DNA of 64,000 bases from Pseudomonadota bacterium (GTDB lineage Bacteria > Bdellovibrionota_B > Oligoflexia > Silvanigrellales > Silvanigrellaceae), in assembly GCA_039799905.1 (NCBI GenBank), contig JBDLRP010000019.1, forward strand, positions 1 through 64,000, written 5' to 3'. The notes beneath the pieces were generated by a model. That model saw only the letters and a program-made list of their open reading frames with translations. It made no database searches and was not told the origin of the DNA. Shown piece after piece: positions 39,173 through 48,564 of this stretch; positions within the stretch are counted from its first letter, which is position 1; the number at the start of each line of letters is the position of its first letter. A program made the translations under genes and the position numbers.

Positions 39173-40261
39173 GTGCATCTAAAGCTCATAACAATCCTGC
39201 TGCTGTCTTTCGCTCTGCATCCAAGTGCAGCGGCGCTCATGCTTTTGGAAGACGAGCTGACTCCCCGTCCGCGTTTCAGTGAATCTTTGCTTGTTGCGCG
39301 TGGTGGCCATTTTTCTGCCCGACTTATCACCAGTGTCGGACAGGATGTGGTTCATACTCCCATTAATGAACAAACCGAACGTCGGCTGTTTGCTGCATTG
39401 GGAATTGCGTCCCGAGCTGGCGTTGCTTTTTCCGATAAGCTCCGTGTTGATCTCTCGGCCAGCGCAATTCGCGCGATGGCCAGCACTTTGGTTGAGGAAA
39501 ATTCCGGCTGGAAAAAAGATGAAATGCATTCCGAGGTGGTGGGCGGTGGGCAGGCGCGTTTGCTTTTCCGCGATGGAATTCGCGCTGGCGCGGGGGTAAT
39601 CTGGATATCTCGCCCGTCGGCTCAGGAAACGTTTGAGTTTGCGGGGCAAAGCGCCTTAAAGCGACTTTCTGGATATTCGCTGTGGACTCCTGATTTCTCA
39701 CTCATCAAGGAGGGCGGCGCCTGGAGTGCTGGTTTCGGCTGGCGTCCGCGCGCAACGAAGAGCCGGACTTTTTCCCGCGAGGGCGATGACGGGAGAATTG
39801 AGTTGAGTGAGAATGTTACGTTGGACGAGCTTTGGTCAGCCGGTGTGCAGACTCAGTTGCCCTCCAATCGGATTTTACGTTTGGACGTCAATCTGCATGG
39901 TTCAGCAGTAACGGAATCTTCGGAAGAACAAAAGACCCCATCATCCGCCTCTGCGGATTCGACCGACATTGCGCGCAGAAGATATGAGGTCGCGCTTGCG
40001 CTGGGGCTCGGAGATATGGGCGGCCACCGCTTGACAATCGGAGGAGCCTACCAGTCGATTGCGTACAGCGAACAGAGCTATGTATCAGCCCAGACGATTC
40101 CACTCTGGTCGGTTTTTTTTCGTGATGAGTTCAATGCGGGTGGTTTGAATATTTTTGTCGACAGCTCGCTGTCGTACGGCACAGATTTGCAGAGTCTTCC
40201 CGATTTGAATGCAAATTACAGCAGGGTGATGTTTTCCGTTCAGTCAGGTGTTCAATTTTGA
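39173..40261 (+). CDS. Probable outer-membrane beta-barrel protein
   Basis: Signal peptide, amphipathic strands and a terminal Phe (VQSGVQF). Confidence 0.65.
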   Translation: MHLKLITILLLSFALHPSAAALMLLEDELTPRPRFSESLLVARGGHFSARLITSVGQDVVHTPINEQTERRLFAALGIASRAGVAFSDKLRVDLSASAIRAMASTLVEENSGWKKDEMHSEVVGGGQARLLFRDGIRAGAGVIWISRPSAQETFEFAGQSALKRLSGYSLWTPDFSLIKEGGAWSAGFGWRPRATKSRTFSREGDDGRIELSENVTLDELWSAGVQTQLPSNRILRLDVNLHGSAVTESSEEQKTPSSASADSTDIARRRYEVALALGLGDMGGHRLTIGGAYQSIAYSEQSYVSAQTIPLWSVFFRDEFNAGGLNIFVDSSLSYGTDLQSLPDLNANYSRVMFSVQSGVQF

Positions 40262-40271
40262 GGAGTGGACG

Positions 40272-40955
40272 ATGAATCACTCTCGTTCGTTTGCAATGGC
40301 AATCATACCGACGATTGTTTTTTTTGCTGGTATTCTGGTTTTTCCTTCGGCGTGCCGGAAGAAATCAAGCCTTCTTGAAGAGACCGGTGGCAGCGGCACG
40401 GACACAATTCCATTCGAAAAGGCCGGTGATGCAGACACGACCGCTCTGACACTGGTTCATTCGAAATCGTTTGCGTCGGCTCCCGCTCCCGTGAGGCCGG
40501 ATCCTGATTTGTATGCACGGCGGCTCCTGCGACAGTTCCGCAACGACGGCAATACTCTCGCAAGACAGTTGGGATTGGTCGAACAGTACCGGCTCATGCT
40601 GGGCGGAGCAACCGACGACTTTCGCACCGTGCCGCAGGACTCCTATGATGCAACGTCACTTCTGACTCTCCAGAAGGTTGCGCAGGAAATTTGTATCGCG
40701 CTCGTGTCACCCAATCCTTCTGTTCATTCCGGATGGCAAAGCGTTTTGCCGGAAGCTCCTGAGAATGTCACTGCCAATGTCCGCTGGCTGATGCGCAAGA
40801 TGCATGCCGTTCCGGATGCCTCGCTCAACAGCTCAGCAGTCAGTGAACTTGTTGAGATGGTGCAGGCGGATGCCGTCAAGGGAGTCATTGTCGCGTCAAG
40901 CTACATCACCGCATGCACTGCGATGGCCTTGGATGCGGAGGCGCTGCTGTTATGA
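40272..40955 (+). CDS. Hypothetical lipoprotein, mainly helical
   Basis: GAGGAG RBS and a possible lipobox PSAC. ATGA overlap with the next gene. Confidence 0.65.
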   Translation: MNHSRSFAMAIIPTIVFFAGILVFPSACRKKSSLLEETGGSGTDTIPFEKAGDADTTALTLVHSKSFASAPAPVRPDPDLYARRLLRQFRNDGNTLARQLGLVEQYRLMLGGATDDFRTVPQDSYDATSLLTLQKVAQEICIALVSPNPSVHSGWQSVLPEAPENVTANVRWLMRKMHAVPDASLNSSAVSELVEMVQADAVKGVIVASSYITACTAMALDAEALLL

Positions 40956-42649
40956 GACTGTCTGTGCAATTTTTAAAAAGCCGTTTTTTCCAAAGAATTT
41001 TCGCTACGACCTGGCGTTTCAGCTTTTTTTTCGCTCTTGTTTGGCCGATGCAGCACAGTGAGGCCGCGAGTACACGTTCCGTTCGCCGCGCCGCGCAGCT
41101 TTTGGGCGCGCGCATGCCCGATGAAAGTGAAATAAGTGCGGCAATTGCCAGCGATGCCGGTTATCGGGCCTTCGTAAGAAAGCTCGTCACGAGTGACGGA
41201 TTTTATGATGCCATGTTGCGCTATCACGAGCGGGTGCTGGGTGTCGGGCTCCCGTCGGAATATCTGAGTGAGTTGGAGCGTGACGATCTCGACGGGAAGT
41301 CGCAGAAGGTTGCTAAACTGAGTTGTCGCCGTGGATCAAACAACCGTCTCACCTGTGGATGGAAGAGTGCCGACCGAAAAACAACGGCTTCTTGTCTTGC
41401 TGCCGCTCAGCATCCGGTGGCTCCCTTCTGGAAGGAGGGATTGGTCTTATGGGTGTGTCCCAGTGTTTCGCATGCCTGCGGAGCGGACCTCAGCAAGTGC
41501 AGCATTGAGTTTCCCGGCGACGGAAATGAGGCACGAAATTCAGAGCTAGGCAGCAGCGACGTTTTTGACTCGCGGCGCAGCATGCTCAAAAGTCTTAGCC
41601 GGCAGGCTGCTGGTCTTGCGACCGCCGTCGCAGTTGAAAACTACCCCTATACCAAGATTCTTGCTCCCGGAATTACAGCTGTGGATGGCGTCTTGTCGAT
41701 GCTTTTCCGGCAGACATTTCAGTTTGACATCTCAAAATTGCACGCCAACGATTCACTGCTGCGGCAAATTAAATCCATTCCTGCGTCACAGAGAAGATTC
41801 CAATTGGTTTATACCGGCGATGCCTATGAAACCGCTGGAATTCTTTCAACCTTCGGCTGGCTGCGCCGGTACGAAAAGAACCGTACGCGTGCAAATCAGC
41901 TTTACGAAAGGTTGATGTGCCGAAAGTTCACATCGCAACTGCCGCGGGTTTTTCCGCAGGACCCTGGCAACCTGCGCACAACTGAAGGTTGCAGCGGTTG
42001 CCACGCGACACTCGATCCGCTTGCAGACTTTTTTTCAGTGTGGGGTGAGGGCGGCGGACTCTACAACGGCCTCGCGGCTTCGCGTGAAGGGAGTTTTATC
42101 GGCCGTTCCGGCAACAGCCTCGCCGATTTGGCGAACATCATTGTTGCAGATGAGGCGTTTGCCGCTTGCACTGTTAATAATGCCTTTGAATATTTGGCCG
42201 GACGCAAATTCCGCGCCTCCGAATCTGAATTAAGGCAACGCCTGACCGATTATTTTATCGACAGCAAATATAGTTTTCGCGAGCTGATGTACGCGATCGC
42301 CACTCATCCCGATTTCACTGTCAGTGCACGCGGCGACGCCAACGTTACAGACCCGCTCGAGCAGCCTGCCTTGGGCAAAGTTCCGGAGCCCACGTTGCCC
42401 ACTTGCAACACAACTATCGATTTTAATGCCGACATCGTTCCTCTCATGAGTCAATGCACGTCTTGCCACCGCACGGGAGCTCCCCGTCAGGCGCTCGAGA
42501 CCCCGGAACAATGGAAACAATGGGGCAATCAAGCTGTGTCGATGATGTCGGTCGGACAAATGCCGCCGGGTCTGCAAGGAGCTCCTACAGCGGGACCAGT
42601 GTATCAACTCAAAGAAGCCGTGCGCTGCTGGCTAGCACAAAACCCGTGA
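40952..42649 (+). CDS. Exported Cys-rich diheme protein (DUF1549/DUF1585/DUF1588-like core plus a C-terminal cytochrome c domain)
   Basis: RRAAQLLGARMP, GILSTFGWL, NRTRANQLYERLMC, CSGCHATLDPLA and FAACTV...YLAGR. The C-terminus reads IDFNADIVP...CTSCH...QMPP. Confidence 0.7.
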   Translation: MRLSVQFLKSRFFQRIFATTWRFSFFFALVWPMQHSEAASTRSVRRAAQLLGARMPDESEISAAIASDAGYRAFVRKLVTSDGFYDAMLRYHERVLGVGLPSEYLSELERDDLDGKSQKVAKLSCRRGSNNRLTCGWKSADRKTTASCLAAAQHPVAPFWKEGLVLWVCPSVSHACGADLSKCSIEFPGDGNEARNSELGSSDVFDSRRSMLKSLSRQAAGLATAVAVENYPYTKILAPGITAVDGVLSMLFRQTFQFDISKLHANDSLLRQIKSIPASQRRFQLVYTGDAYETAGILSTFGWLRRYEKNRTRANQLYERLMCRKFTSQLPRVFPQDPGNLRTTEGCSGCHATLDPLADFFSVWGEGGGLYNGLAASREGSFIGRSGNSLADLANIIVADEAFAACTVNNAFEYLAGRKFRASESELRQRLTDYFIDSKYSFRELMYAIATHPDFTVSARGDANVTDPLEQPALGKVPEPTLPTCNTTIDFNADIVPLMSQCTSCHRTGAPRQALETPEQWKQWGNQAVSMMSVGQMPPGLQGAPTAGPVYQLKEAVRCWLAQNP

Positions 42650-42650
42650 G

Positions 42651-43970
42651 GTGACCCTGCAAATGGATCGGCGTTCGTTTTTACAAAGCAGCATCAGTTT
42701 GAGCGCGTCGTTCAGTCTGGGAGCGTTGTTCCCACAATTGCGTGCTTTGGCGCAGGAGTCATCGGAAGAGTTCCAGGTCAAGCGCAATCTTGTCTGGATT
42801 CACATGACAGGCGGCTGGGATATTCTCGAGACAGTCGACCCCAAACAAAACTCCACGTCCAAACTGGATATGACGTACGACTACGGTCAGTCGCATGTTC
42901 TGAGCGGAGCTTCCTCAGACGTTCGTCTTGGACGATGGTGGCCCAATACGGCCCGCCACGGCAGAGATATTGTCTTGGTGCGCGGTTTGGCCATGGGTAC
43001 AACCTCACACGATGCCGGCAGCGTGTATTCCGACACTGGTGTTCTTTCCAACAGTGGAAACGTCAATGCGGCTTCGATCCCGACGATCATCGCTTCACAC
43101 AGTGCGGCGACGATTCCGCTGATCCAGCTCAACGGTGGTGACAATCCCAGGCTCGATCGTGGTTTATTAAAGCCTGTTTCCGTTGTGCGCGCGGGAGATT
43201 TGAATGTTTATCAAAAACTTTTTCCCGACACTCCCGAGGCAGTCGCCGCGAGGGCGAAAATTCTTGAATACTCGAGGCGCTCGCTGATTCGCTACCAGTC
43301 TGCTGTTGGCGGCACGGATCGCGCAGCGGGAGTGGAAGCGGCGCGCAGCAAAATTCAGGGTCAGATTGATGCCGGTGTTGGCAGCAAGCTGAAACTTGAA
43401 AACACGGATGTTGCTCCTTTTCTGACTGCGCTCGGAAGCGAGACTGCGGGTTCCGCTGTGCGCGGTGCTGCCGACAGTTTTGCATTGGCGGTGAAGTTGC
43501 TCAAGAATAATCTTGTGACGTGCATCAACATGGGAGTTGGAGGATTCGACACCCATACCCAGCAGGAGCGCACGCTTATGCCTATCCTGACTGGCTTTGA
43601 CGCGTTGTTTGCTACCTTTATCGACCAGTTGAAAGCCGCCGGAATTTTGCAAAACACCCTGATAGTTTTGTATTCCGACTTCGGACGTACGCCGAAGGTG
43701 AACAATTCCTCTGGTCGCGATCATTGGCCTGTCGGAGGAGCGTTGATTGCCGGTGGCGGAATTGCAGGAGGCCGCGCTGTTGGTATCACGGACGAAAATC
43801 TTCTGGCTCTTGAAGTCGATCCATCCACCGGCTTGAGAAGTGAATCGGGCATCCAGCTGAGTCCCATTCATTTGGGCGGCAGTATTCTGGAATTGACTCT
43901 GGGGGCGTCGTACCTTTCCAAACGCACATATCTTGAATCCATCCCTGCACTGACAAGGCTGAATAGTTAG
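42651..43970 (+). CDS. Tat-exported DUF1501-domain protein
   Basis: Twin-arginine DRRSFLQ with GGWD...DPK, SHDAG, GGFDTH, SDFGRTP, GRDHW and GGGIAGG. Confidence 0.88.
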   Translation: MTLQMDRRSFLQSSISLSASFSLGALFPQLRALAQESSEEFQVKRNLVWIHMTGGWDILETVDPKQNSTSKLDMTYDYGQSHVLSGASSDVRLGRWWPNTARHGRDIVLVRGLAMGTTSHDAGSVYSDTGVLSNSGNVNAASIPTIIASHSAATIPLIQLNGGDNPRLDRGLLKPVSVVRAGDLNVYQKLFPDTPEAVAARAKILEYSRRSLIRYQSAVGGTDRAAGVEAARSKIQGQIDAGVGSKLKLENTDVAPFLTALGSETAGSAVRGAADSFALAVKLLKNNLVTCINMGVGGFDTHTQQERTLMPILTGFDALFATFIDQLKAAGILQNTLIVLYSDFGRTPKVNNSSGRDHWPVGGALIAGGGIAGGRAVGITDENLLALEVDPSTGLRSESGIQLSPIHLGGSILELTLGASYLSKRTYLESIPALTRLNS

Positions 43971-43985
43971 CAAAGGAAGAGAATT

Positions 43986-45068
43986 ATGTGGTTTCCGGTT
44001 GATTTGCCCATGCCGAGCGAATTCTTCACCGCACGCACGCAGACTCAGCAGAGCACGACTCCCCGCACTCAGGGCATGCTGCTGCCTTTGGCGTGGCGTA
44101 CTCTCGAGAGCAAGTCGACACTGACGACAACACAAAATGGAACATCTACGCTGCAGACGACGTATGCCAAATTAATTTCACGAAACACTGGTATTGCAGT
44201 TTCGCCTGCCTCCGGATTGTGGTTTTCAGCTCTGTTCAATGAGGATGCCGTGCAGGTGCGCAGTGTGCCTGACAGCGGACGATATTCGATCATGGGTGCG
44301 AGCGAGGAATTTCTCAATCGCGAGTTGCTGGCACGCGTTGCCTTCGACATCAATTCATCGGCAGCAGTCGGATTGGCTCTTCGCGGACAGCGCATCAAGG
44401 GCGACGTGGTCGGGAGCTTCAGTGCTCTGACAACCGATCGCACCATTTACTCTGGTCAGAGAATGGGTATCGCCGCCGCTACAATAGTATCGCTCCAATC
44501 TGTCAAAATCGCGCTGCGTTATGAATCACCGGTGACGGGAAAAGTTTCAATTGGCGGTGAAAGCAAGGTTTCGGCGTCACAGGGGTTGCTCGGAGCTGCA
44601 GTGAATTTTTCACAGAGTGATAGTCTGCATTTGCGCGGTGAGTACATCACATATGAATTCGCAAAAAATGAACTTGCAACGTCCGTGCGGAGCAACGACA
44701 AAACACAGGCGACTACAATCAGTCCGCTCGGACTTGCGGTGGATGCGCGGCTGCTGCCTCTGTCTGTGATGGGAATAGGCCTTCAAAATAAATTCGGCGG
44801 AAACCTTCGTTTCGACGCCGATCTAGTTTTGGGAAAAGTCCACTTTGTCAGCAGCCCTGATTTGGTGCCGGCAAAGACAATTCCTGATGATCAGGTGTTG
44901 CCGATGTATGCCGGTCGTTTTGGCGTCAGTATCGATAAATCCGACTGGGAGTCACAAATATTTGTTGATTACTCCTCGTTTCGTTCGACCCGCAGCGAAG
45001 GCCAGACAAAGCTTTTGAACGCCTCGACTCAATGGGGGGTAGGATTGCGGAGTGGAGTTGAGCTTTAA
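43986..45068 (+). CDS. Hypothetical beta-barrel-like protein
   Basis: AAGGAAG RBS, alternating beta-strand pattern and C-terminal WGVGLRSGVEL. No obvious signal peptide. Confidence 0.55.
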   Translation: MWFPVDLPMPSEFFTARTQTQQSTTPRTQGMLLPLAWRTLESKSTLTTTQNGTSTLQTTYAKLISRNTGIAVSPASGLWFSALFNEDAVQVRSVPDSGRYSIMGASEEFLNRELLARVAFDINSSAAVGLALRGQRIKGDVVGSFSALTTDRTIYSGQRMGIAAATIVSLQSVKIALRYESPVTGKVSIGGESKVSASQGLLGAAVNFSQSDSLHLRGEYITYEFAKNELATSVRSNDKTQATTISPLGLAVDARLLPLSVMGIGLQNKFGGNLRFDADLVLGKVHFVSSPDLVPAKTIPDDQVLPMYAGRFGVSIDKSDWESQIFVDYSSFRSTRSEGQTKLLNASTQWGVGLRSGVEL

Positions 45069-45098
45069 CGGGCTGTTACGAAAAATTTCGAATTTCAC

Positions 45099-45125
45099 TT
45101 TAGAAAAAGTCACGGCTGCCGATCC
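45099..45125 (+). promoter_or_regulatory. Putative sigma28/FliA-type promoter
   Basis: TTTAGAAA-N11-GCCGATCC about 30 bp upstream of the ATG at 45154. Confidence 0.45.
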
Positions 45126-45153
45126 CGACCTTTAGTCGGTGTGGAGGCTGAAT

Positions 45154-46491
45154 ATGACCTTCAAGTTGAAACCCAGATCGCGCGTTCGACCGGTTTTCTC
45201 GCTCTCTGTTCTTGCCCTGGCTGCCTGCGGAGAAACTAAATCGTCTTTCACAAACATAGAAGCAGTCCCTCAGCGCAAACAAAAGGTCTCCACGGAGTCG
45301 GAGGACGTCAACAAGAGTTCACAGACAACAAAAGCATCTGGCGAAAGTGCAGCAACTTTCAATGCGGTTCCGGGATTCGAGAGTTTCTCGACCGCTGGTG
45401 CAACGCCTCCACCCAACGATTTTGTTTTTGTAGTCGACAATTCGCGTTCCATGCGTCCACTGATCGAAAAATTTGTGAATGGTTTCGAAAGATTGAGCGC
45501 CGACGATTATCCGAAGGACGCAAGGTTGTCGGTGATGAGCACAATGATTGCGATGCCGGATGATTTTAGCAAGCCGATGGAGGCCTCCTCGATTACTTCT
45601 GGCATCTGTGCTGAGGTGGGTAAAAGTCAACAGACTGTGGGCCAGCAGGTGACTCATGAAATCAAAGTGCTTTCAAGCGAGCCGGGGTTCCTGAAGTTCA
45701 TCAAGGCTTCGGAAACAAACGCATTCGCGCAGAGCATCAATGCCTACAAATTGTTCGAAGGCAACAGCAACAGGCACGGTTGCACTTTCAGCCATTCCGA
45801 AATCCGCGCAAATTATTTTACCAGCCCCTTGTGCGCAAGTGAATGGTTTTCGCCATCAGATAAAAACTCTGCAGGCCAGTCGTGCTTGAAGTCTGCAATG
45901 CTCAATATTTCTGGCTTGTCGTTTGTTGAAGCGGGCATGACGGCCATTTCCCAAATGATGGAAAAGAATCGCAGCAATGCACTGTTCCGTGAAGGCGCGT
46001 CAGTTCACTTTGTCGTTATATCGGATACTCACGATCCAGGATTCGAAGATGAAAGTGGCTTAATTGCAATGCCAGTGCCTCCGTCTTTTCGGAAAATCGA
46101 TGCTGCTGTGCGCGGAAATTCGAAAGTTTCATCAGTGAAGCTGCACGGTGTTGTGCCGTTTGCAAAATGTCCAAGTGCCGGCACTGGTGGCGAAGAAACC
46201 TATGGCTTTTCGTATCTGAAAGAAATCAAGGCATCGGCAGGAATACAGAAAGATTCCTGCGTGGCCAATGCCGACTACAAGCAGATCGTCAATCAGATTT
46301 TCAGCGAGGCGAAGAAACTCGCTCCTTTCAGGCTTAAGGCCCGCTCTGTGAAAGATGTTGAAGTCAAAGTGAATGGTACGAAGTGGTCGGACTTCAAAGT
46401 CGTCAATAACAATTCGGTTGAGATTGAGAAATTGGATCCGTCAGAATCTTATAAAATCGACGTCAGTTACGTTGTCACCGAGCCTGAATGA
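45154..46491 (+). CDS. VWA-like (MIDAS) domain lipoprotein
   Basis: GGAGG RBS and lipobox LAAC. DFVFVVDNSRSM (DxSxS), EAG, FREGASVHFVVISD and a C-terminal beta domain. Confidence 0.75.
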   Translation: MTFKLKPRSRVRPVFSLSVLALAACGETKSSFTNIEAVPQRKQKVSTESEDVNKSSQTTKASGESAATFNAVPGFESFSTAGATPPPNDFVFVVDNSRSMRPLIEKFVNGFERLSADDYPKDARLSVMSTMIAMPDDFSKPMEASSITSGICAEVGKSQQTVGQQVTHEIKVLSSEPGFLKFIKASETNAFAQSINAYKLFEGNSNRHGCTFSHSEIRANYFTSPLCASEWFSPSDKNSAGQSCLKSAMLNISGLSFVEAGMTAISQMMEKNRSNALFREGASVHFVVISDTHDPGFEDESGLIAMPVPPSFRKIDAAVRGNSKVSSVKLHGVVPFAKCPSAGTGGEETYGFSYLKEIKASAGIQKDSCVANADYKQIVNQIFSEAKKLAPFRLKARSVKDVEVKVNGTKWSDFKVVNNNSVEIEKLDPSESYKIDVSYVVTEPE

Positions 46492-48337
46492 CAGACTCCG
46501 AGTGCGATACCGAAGACGCGTCGCCGGATTTGCCGGCAGATGCCGATTCGTATTGACGAAGTATCATCTGCCTTGGCCCGAAAGCGTGCACCCGTCCGCT
46601 TTCCATCCACAGAATAAAATCACAATTTTCGAGCGTCGAAAGACGGTGGGCCACGATAATCCGGGTTCTGTCTTTCAACAGTTCCGTCATCGCCCATTCC
46701 AGCTGTTTTTCGGATCCCGGATCAATTGCACTGGTCGCTTCGTCCATGACGATAACAGGGGTGTTTTGCAGGACGGCTCTGGCAAGACAAATAAGCTGCC
46801 GCTGTCCGGCAGAAAAGTTGGCTCCCCGCTCGAACACGACTTGCGAAAGTCCGCCTTCGCGTTGCAGCAGCGACGAAAGTCCGAGTCGGTTGCACAACGC
46901 AATGAGTTCGTCGTCGAGGTCGTCTCGCAGTGTGAGATTTTCCCGCAGCGTGCCGCGAAACAGAGTCGGCTCCTGTGGGATATAAGCGAGAGTCGCGCGC
47001 AGCGAGCTGACGTCGGTTAGTTTGTCGGTGACCGACAATCCGCAGATGTGAATTGAACCTGAATCCACCGGATAAAGCGAAAAGAGTGCCTGAACGAGGG
47101 AGCTTTTTCCGCTCCCCGTGCGCCCAACAATTCCAAGACTGCGGCCTGCCGGAAGCAGGAAACTGACGTCATTCAGCACGAGCGGTTTTCCGCTGAAATA
47201 GCGCATCGACAAATTGCGTACTTCGATGCCCTGAGAAGGATCAGCCTGTTGCGTAAGTCCGCTCGGTTCAACGTCTCTGCGCTTGTAGTCGTCAAGACGT
47301 TCGGCACCGGTCAGTGCCTCCTCGAACTGGACGACGTATTCAAAGTATTGTTGCAGTGTCGTCGACAGCAGCCAGACCTGAGTCAGGATCACCACCAGTT
47401 GTCCGACGCTGATGCTGTTACTCTGTTGCAATAAAACGCCCGTGCCACCAACAACAATCAAGCAAAGTGCGGTTGCAAGGCTCATTTGAAAAGAAAACGA
47501 GGCGCTTGTTCTTTGTTGATTCAGGCGCTCTTCCTGCAGTTGGCCCGAAAGATGATTGAAGCGGCGCGTGAAGAGCGTTTGCCTGCCGTAGACCTTTACG
47601 GTGCGGGCGCCTTGGGTTGTTTCCGCAAAGTGTGCGATCGCGGGCCCGCGTGCCGCAGACACCCGTCTGCGGGCGCTGCGGATAGTCATGCGGTTGCGGA
47701 AATAGACGAAGGCATAAGTAATACCCACAAACACGGCGGCGGGTATTCCCCAGACACCTGTGAGGGCGATGAAAATCAAACTCAATGCCGCATCGAAGCT
47801 CAAGCTGATGAATTCACCCATCGGGCCGCCCGTCATCCGCAGGACACTCTCAAAATCGCTTGAAAATCGCGTGAGTGCCCGACCGACAGGGGTTCTGTCG
47901 AAGAAGCTCATAGGAAATTTGGACACCCGGCGCGCGACAGTATCGTGCAGGTGTCCGGCAGCCCTAGTTCCGAGCCTCGCGATGGCAACACGAAATATGA
48001 GGTTCAAAATCAGTGCGACAACCACCATTGAAATAAGAACACCGGCATAGTCTCTGGACTTCCAGCTGGCGGCAAAAGAGGGGAGTTCTCCGCAAGAGCC
48101 TCCAGAACACTGAGAGTCTATCCACAGTCCGACGAGGCTCGCCGAACCAACAAGGCAAGTGCGGGCAATGAGTCCGATGAGCAAGGTCAGAACCATCGGC
48201 ATCAACCAAGGGGCGTAAGCCTCGCGCAAACTCTCCCACACCTGTGATTTGTAACGGCCCTGAAATTCAACTTCTGATTCGAGAAATCGTCCCGTAGGAG
48301 GCTGCGAAAGATTTTTGGTGTCGGTCTGTGAGGGCAT
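46475..48337 (-). CDS. ABC transporter TMD-NBD half, ABCC/MRP C-terminal-half type
   Basis: FFDRTPVGR..RFSSD, Walker A GRTGSGKSS, PQEPTLFRGT, degenerate signature FSAGQRQLICLARA, Walker B VMDEATS and AHRL. Confidence 0.9.
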   Translation of the reverse strand: MPSQTDTKNLSQPPTGRFLESEVEFQGRYKSQVWESLREAYAPWLMPMVLTLLIGLIARTCLVGSASLVGLWIDSQCSGGSCGELPSFAASWKSRDYAGVLISMVVVALILNLIFRVAIARLGTRAAGHLHDTVARRVSKFPMSFFDRTPVGRALTRFSSDFESVLRMTGGPMGEFISLSFDAALSLIFIALTGVWGIPAAVFVGITYAFVYFRNRMTIRSARRRVSAARGPAIAHFAETTQGARTVKVYGRQTLFTRRFNHLSGQLQEERLNQQRTSASFSFQMSLATALCLIVVGGTGVLLQQSNSISVGQLVVILTQVWLLSTTLQQYFEYVVQFEEALTGAERLDDYKRRDVEPSGLTQQADPSQGIEVRNLSMRYFSGKPLVLNDVSFLLPAGRSLGIVGRTGSGKSSLVQALFSLYPVDSGSIHICGLSVTDKLTDVSSLRATLAYIPQEPTLFRGTLRENLTLRDDLDDELIALCNRLGLSSLLQREGGLSQVVFERGANFSAGQRQLICLARAVLQNTPVIVMDEATSAIDPGSEKQLEWAMTELLKDRTRIIVAHRLSTLENCDFILWMESGRVHAFGPRQMILRQYESASAGKSGDASSVSHSESVIQAR

Positions 48338-48482
48338 TTTCTCATCCCAATATTCGATCTTCGGACGATACAGCAAAGCGGTTCAAAGTCCACGGAGCTG
48401 CCTGCGTTGATAAATCAGGCTGCAATATTACTTTCATTTCGTGCGTTCAAAACCCCGAATTTATTGATTTTTGTGGAAACTT

Positions 48483-48510
48483 TAAAAATCTGAGCGCGAA
48501 AGGTCGATAG
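48483..48510 (+). promoter_or_regulatory. Putative sigma28/FliA-type promoter
   Basis: TAAAAATC-N12-GTCGATAG upstream of the cytochrome gene. Confidence 0.4.
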
Positions 48511-48564
48511 CCTTTAATGACCTCGAATCGGTCATCAAAACGCACACTTTTGCGGGGAATTTGG

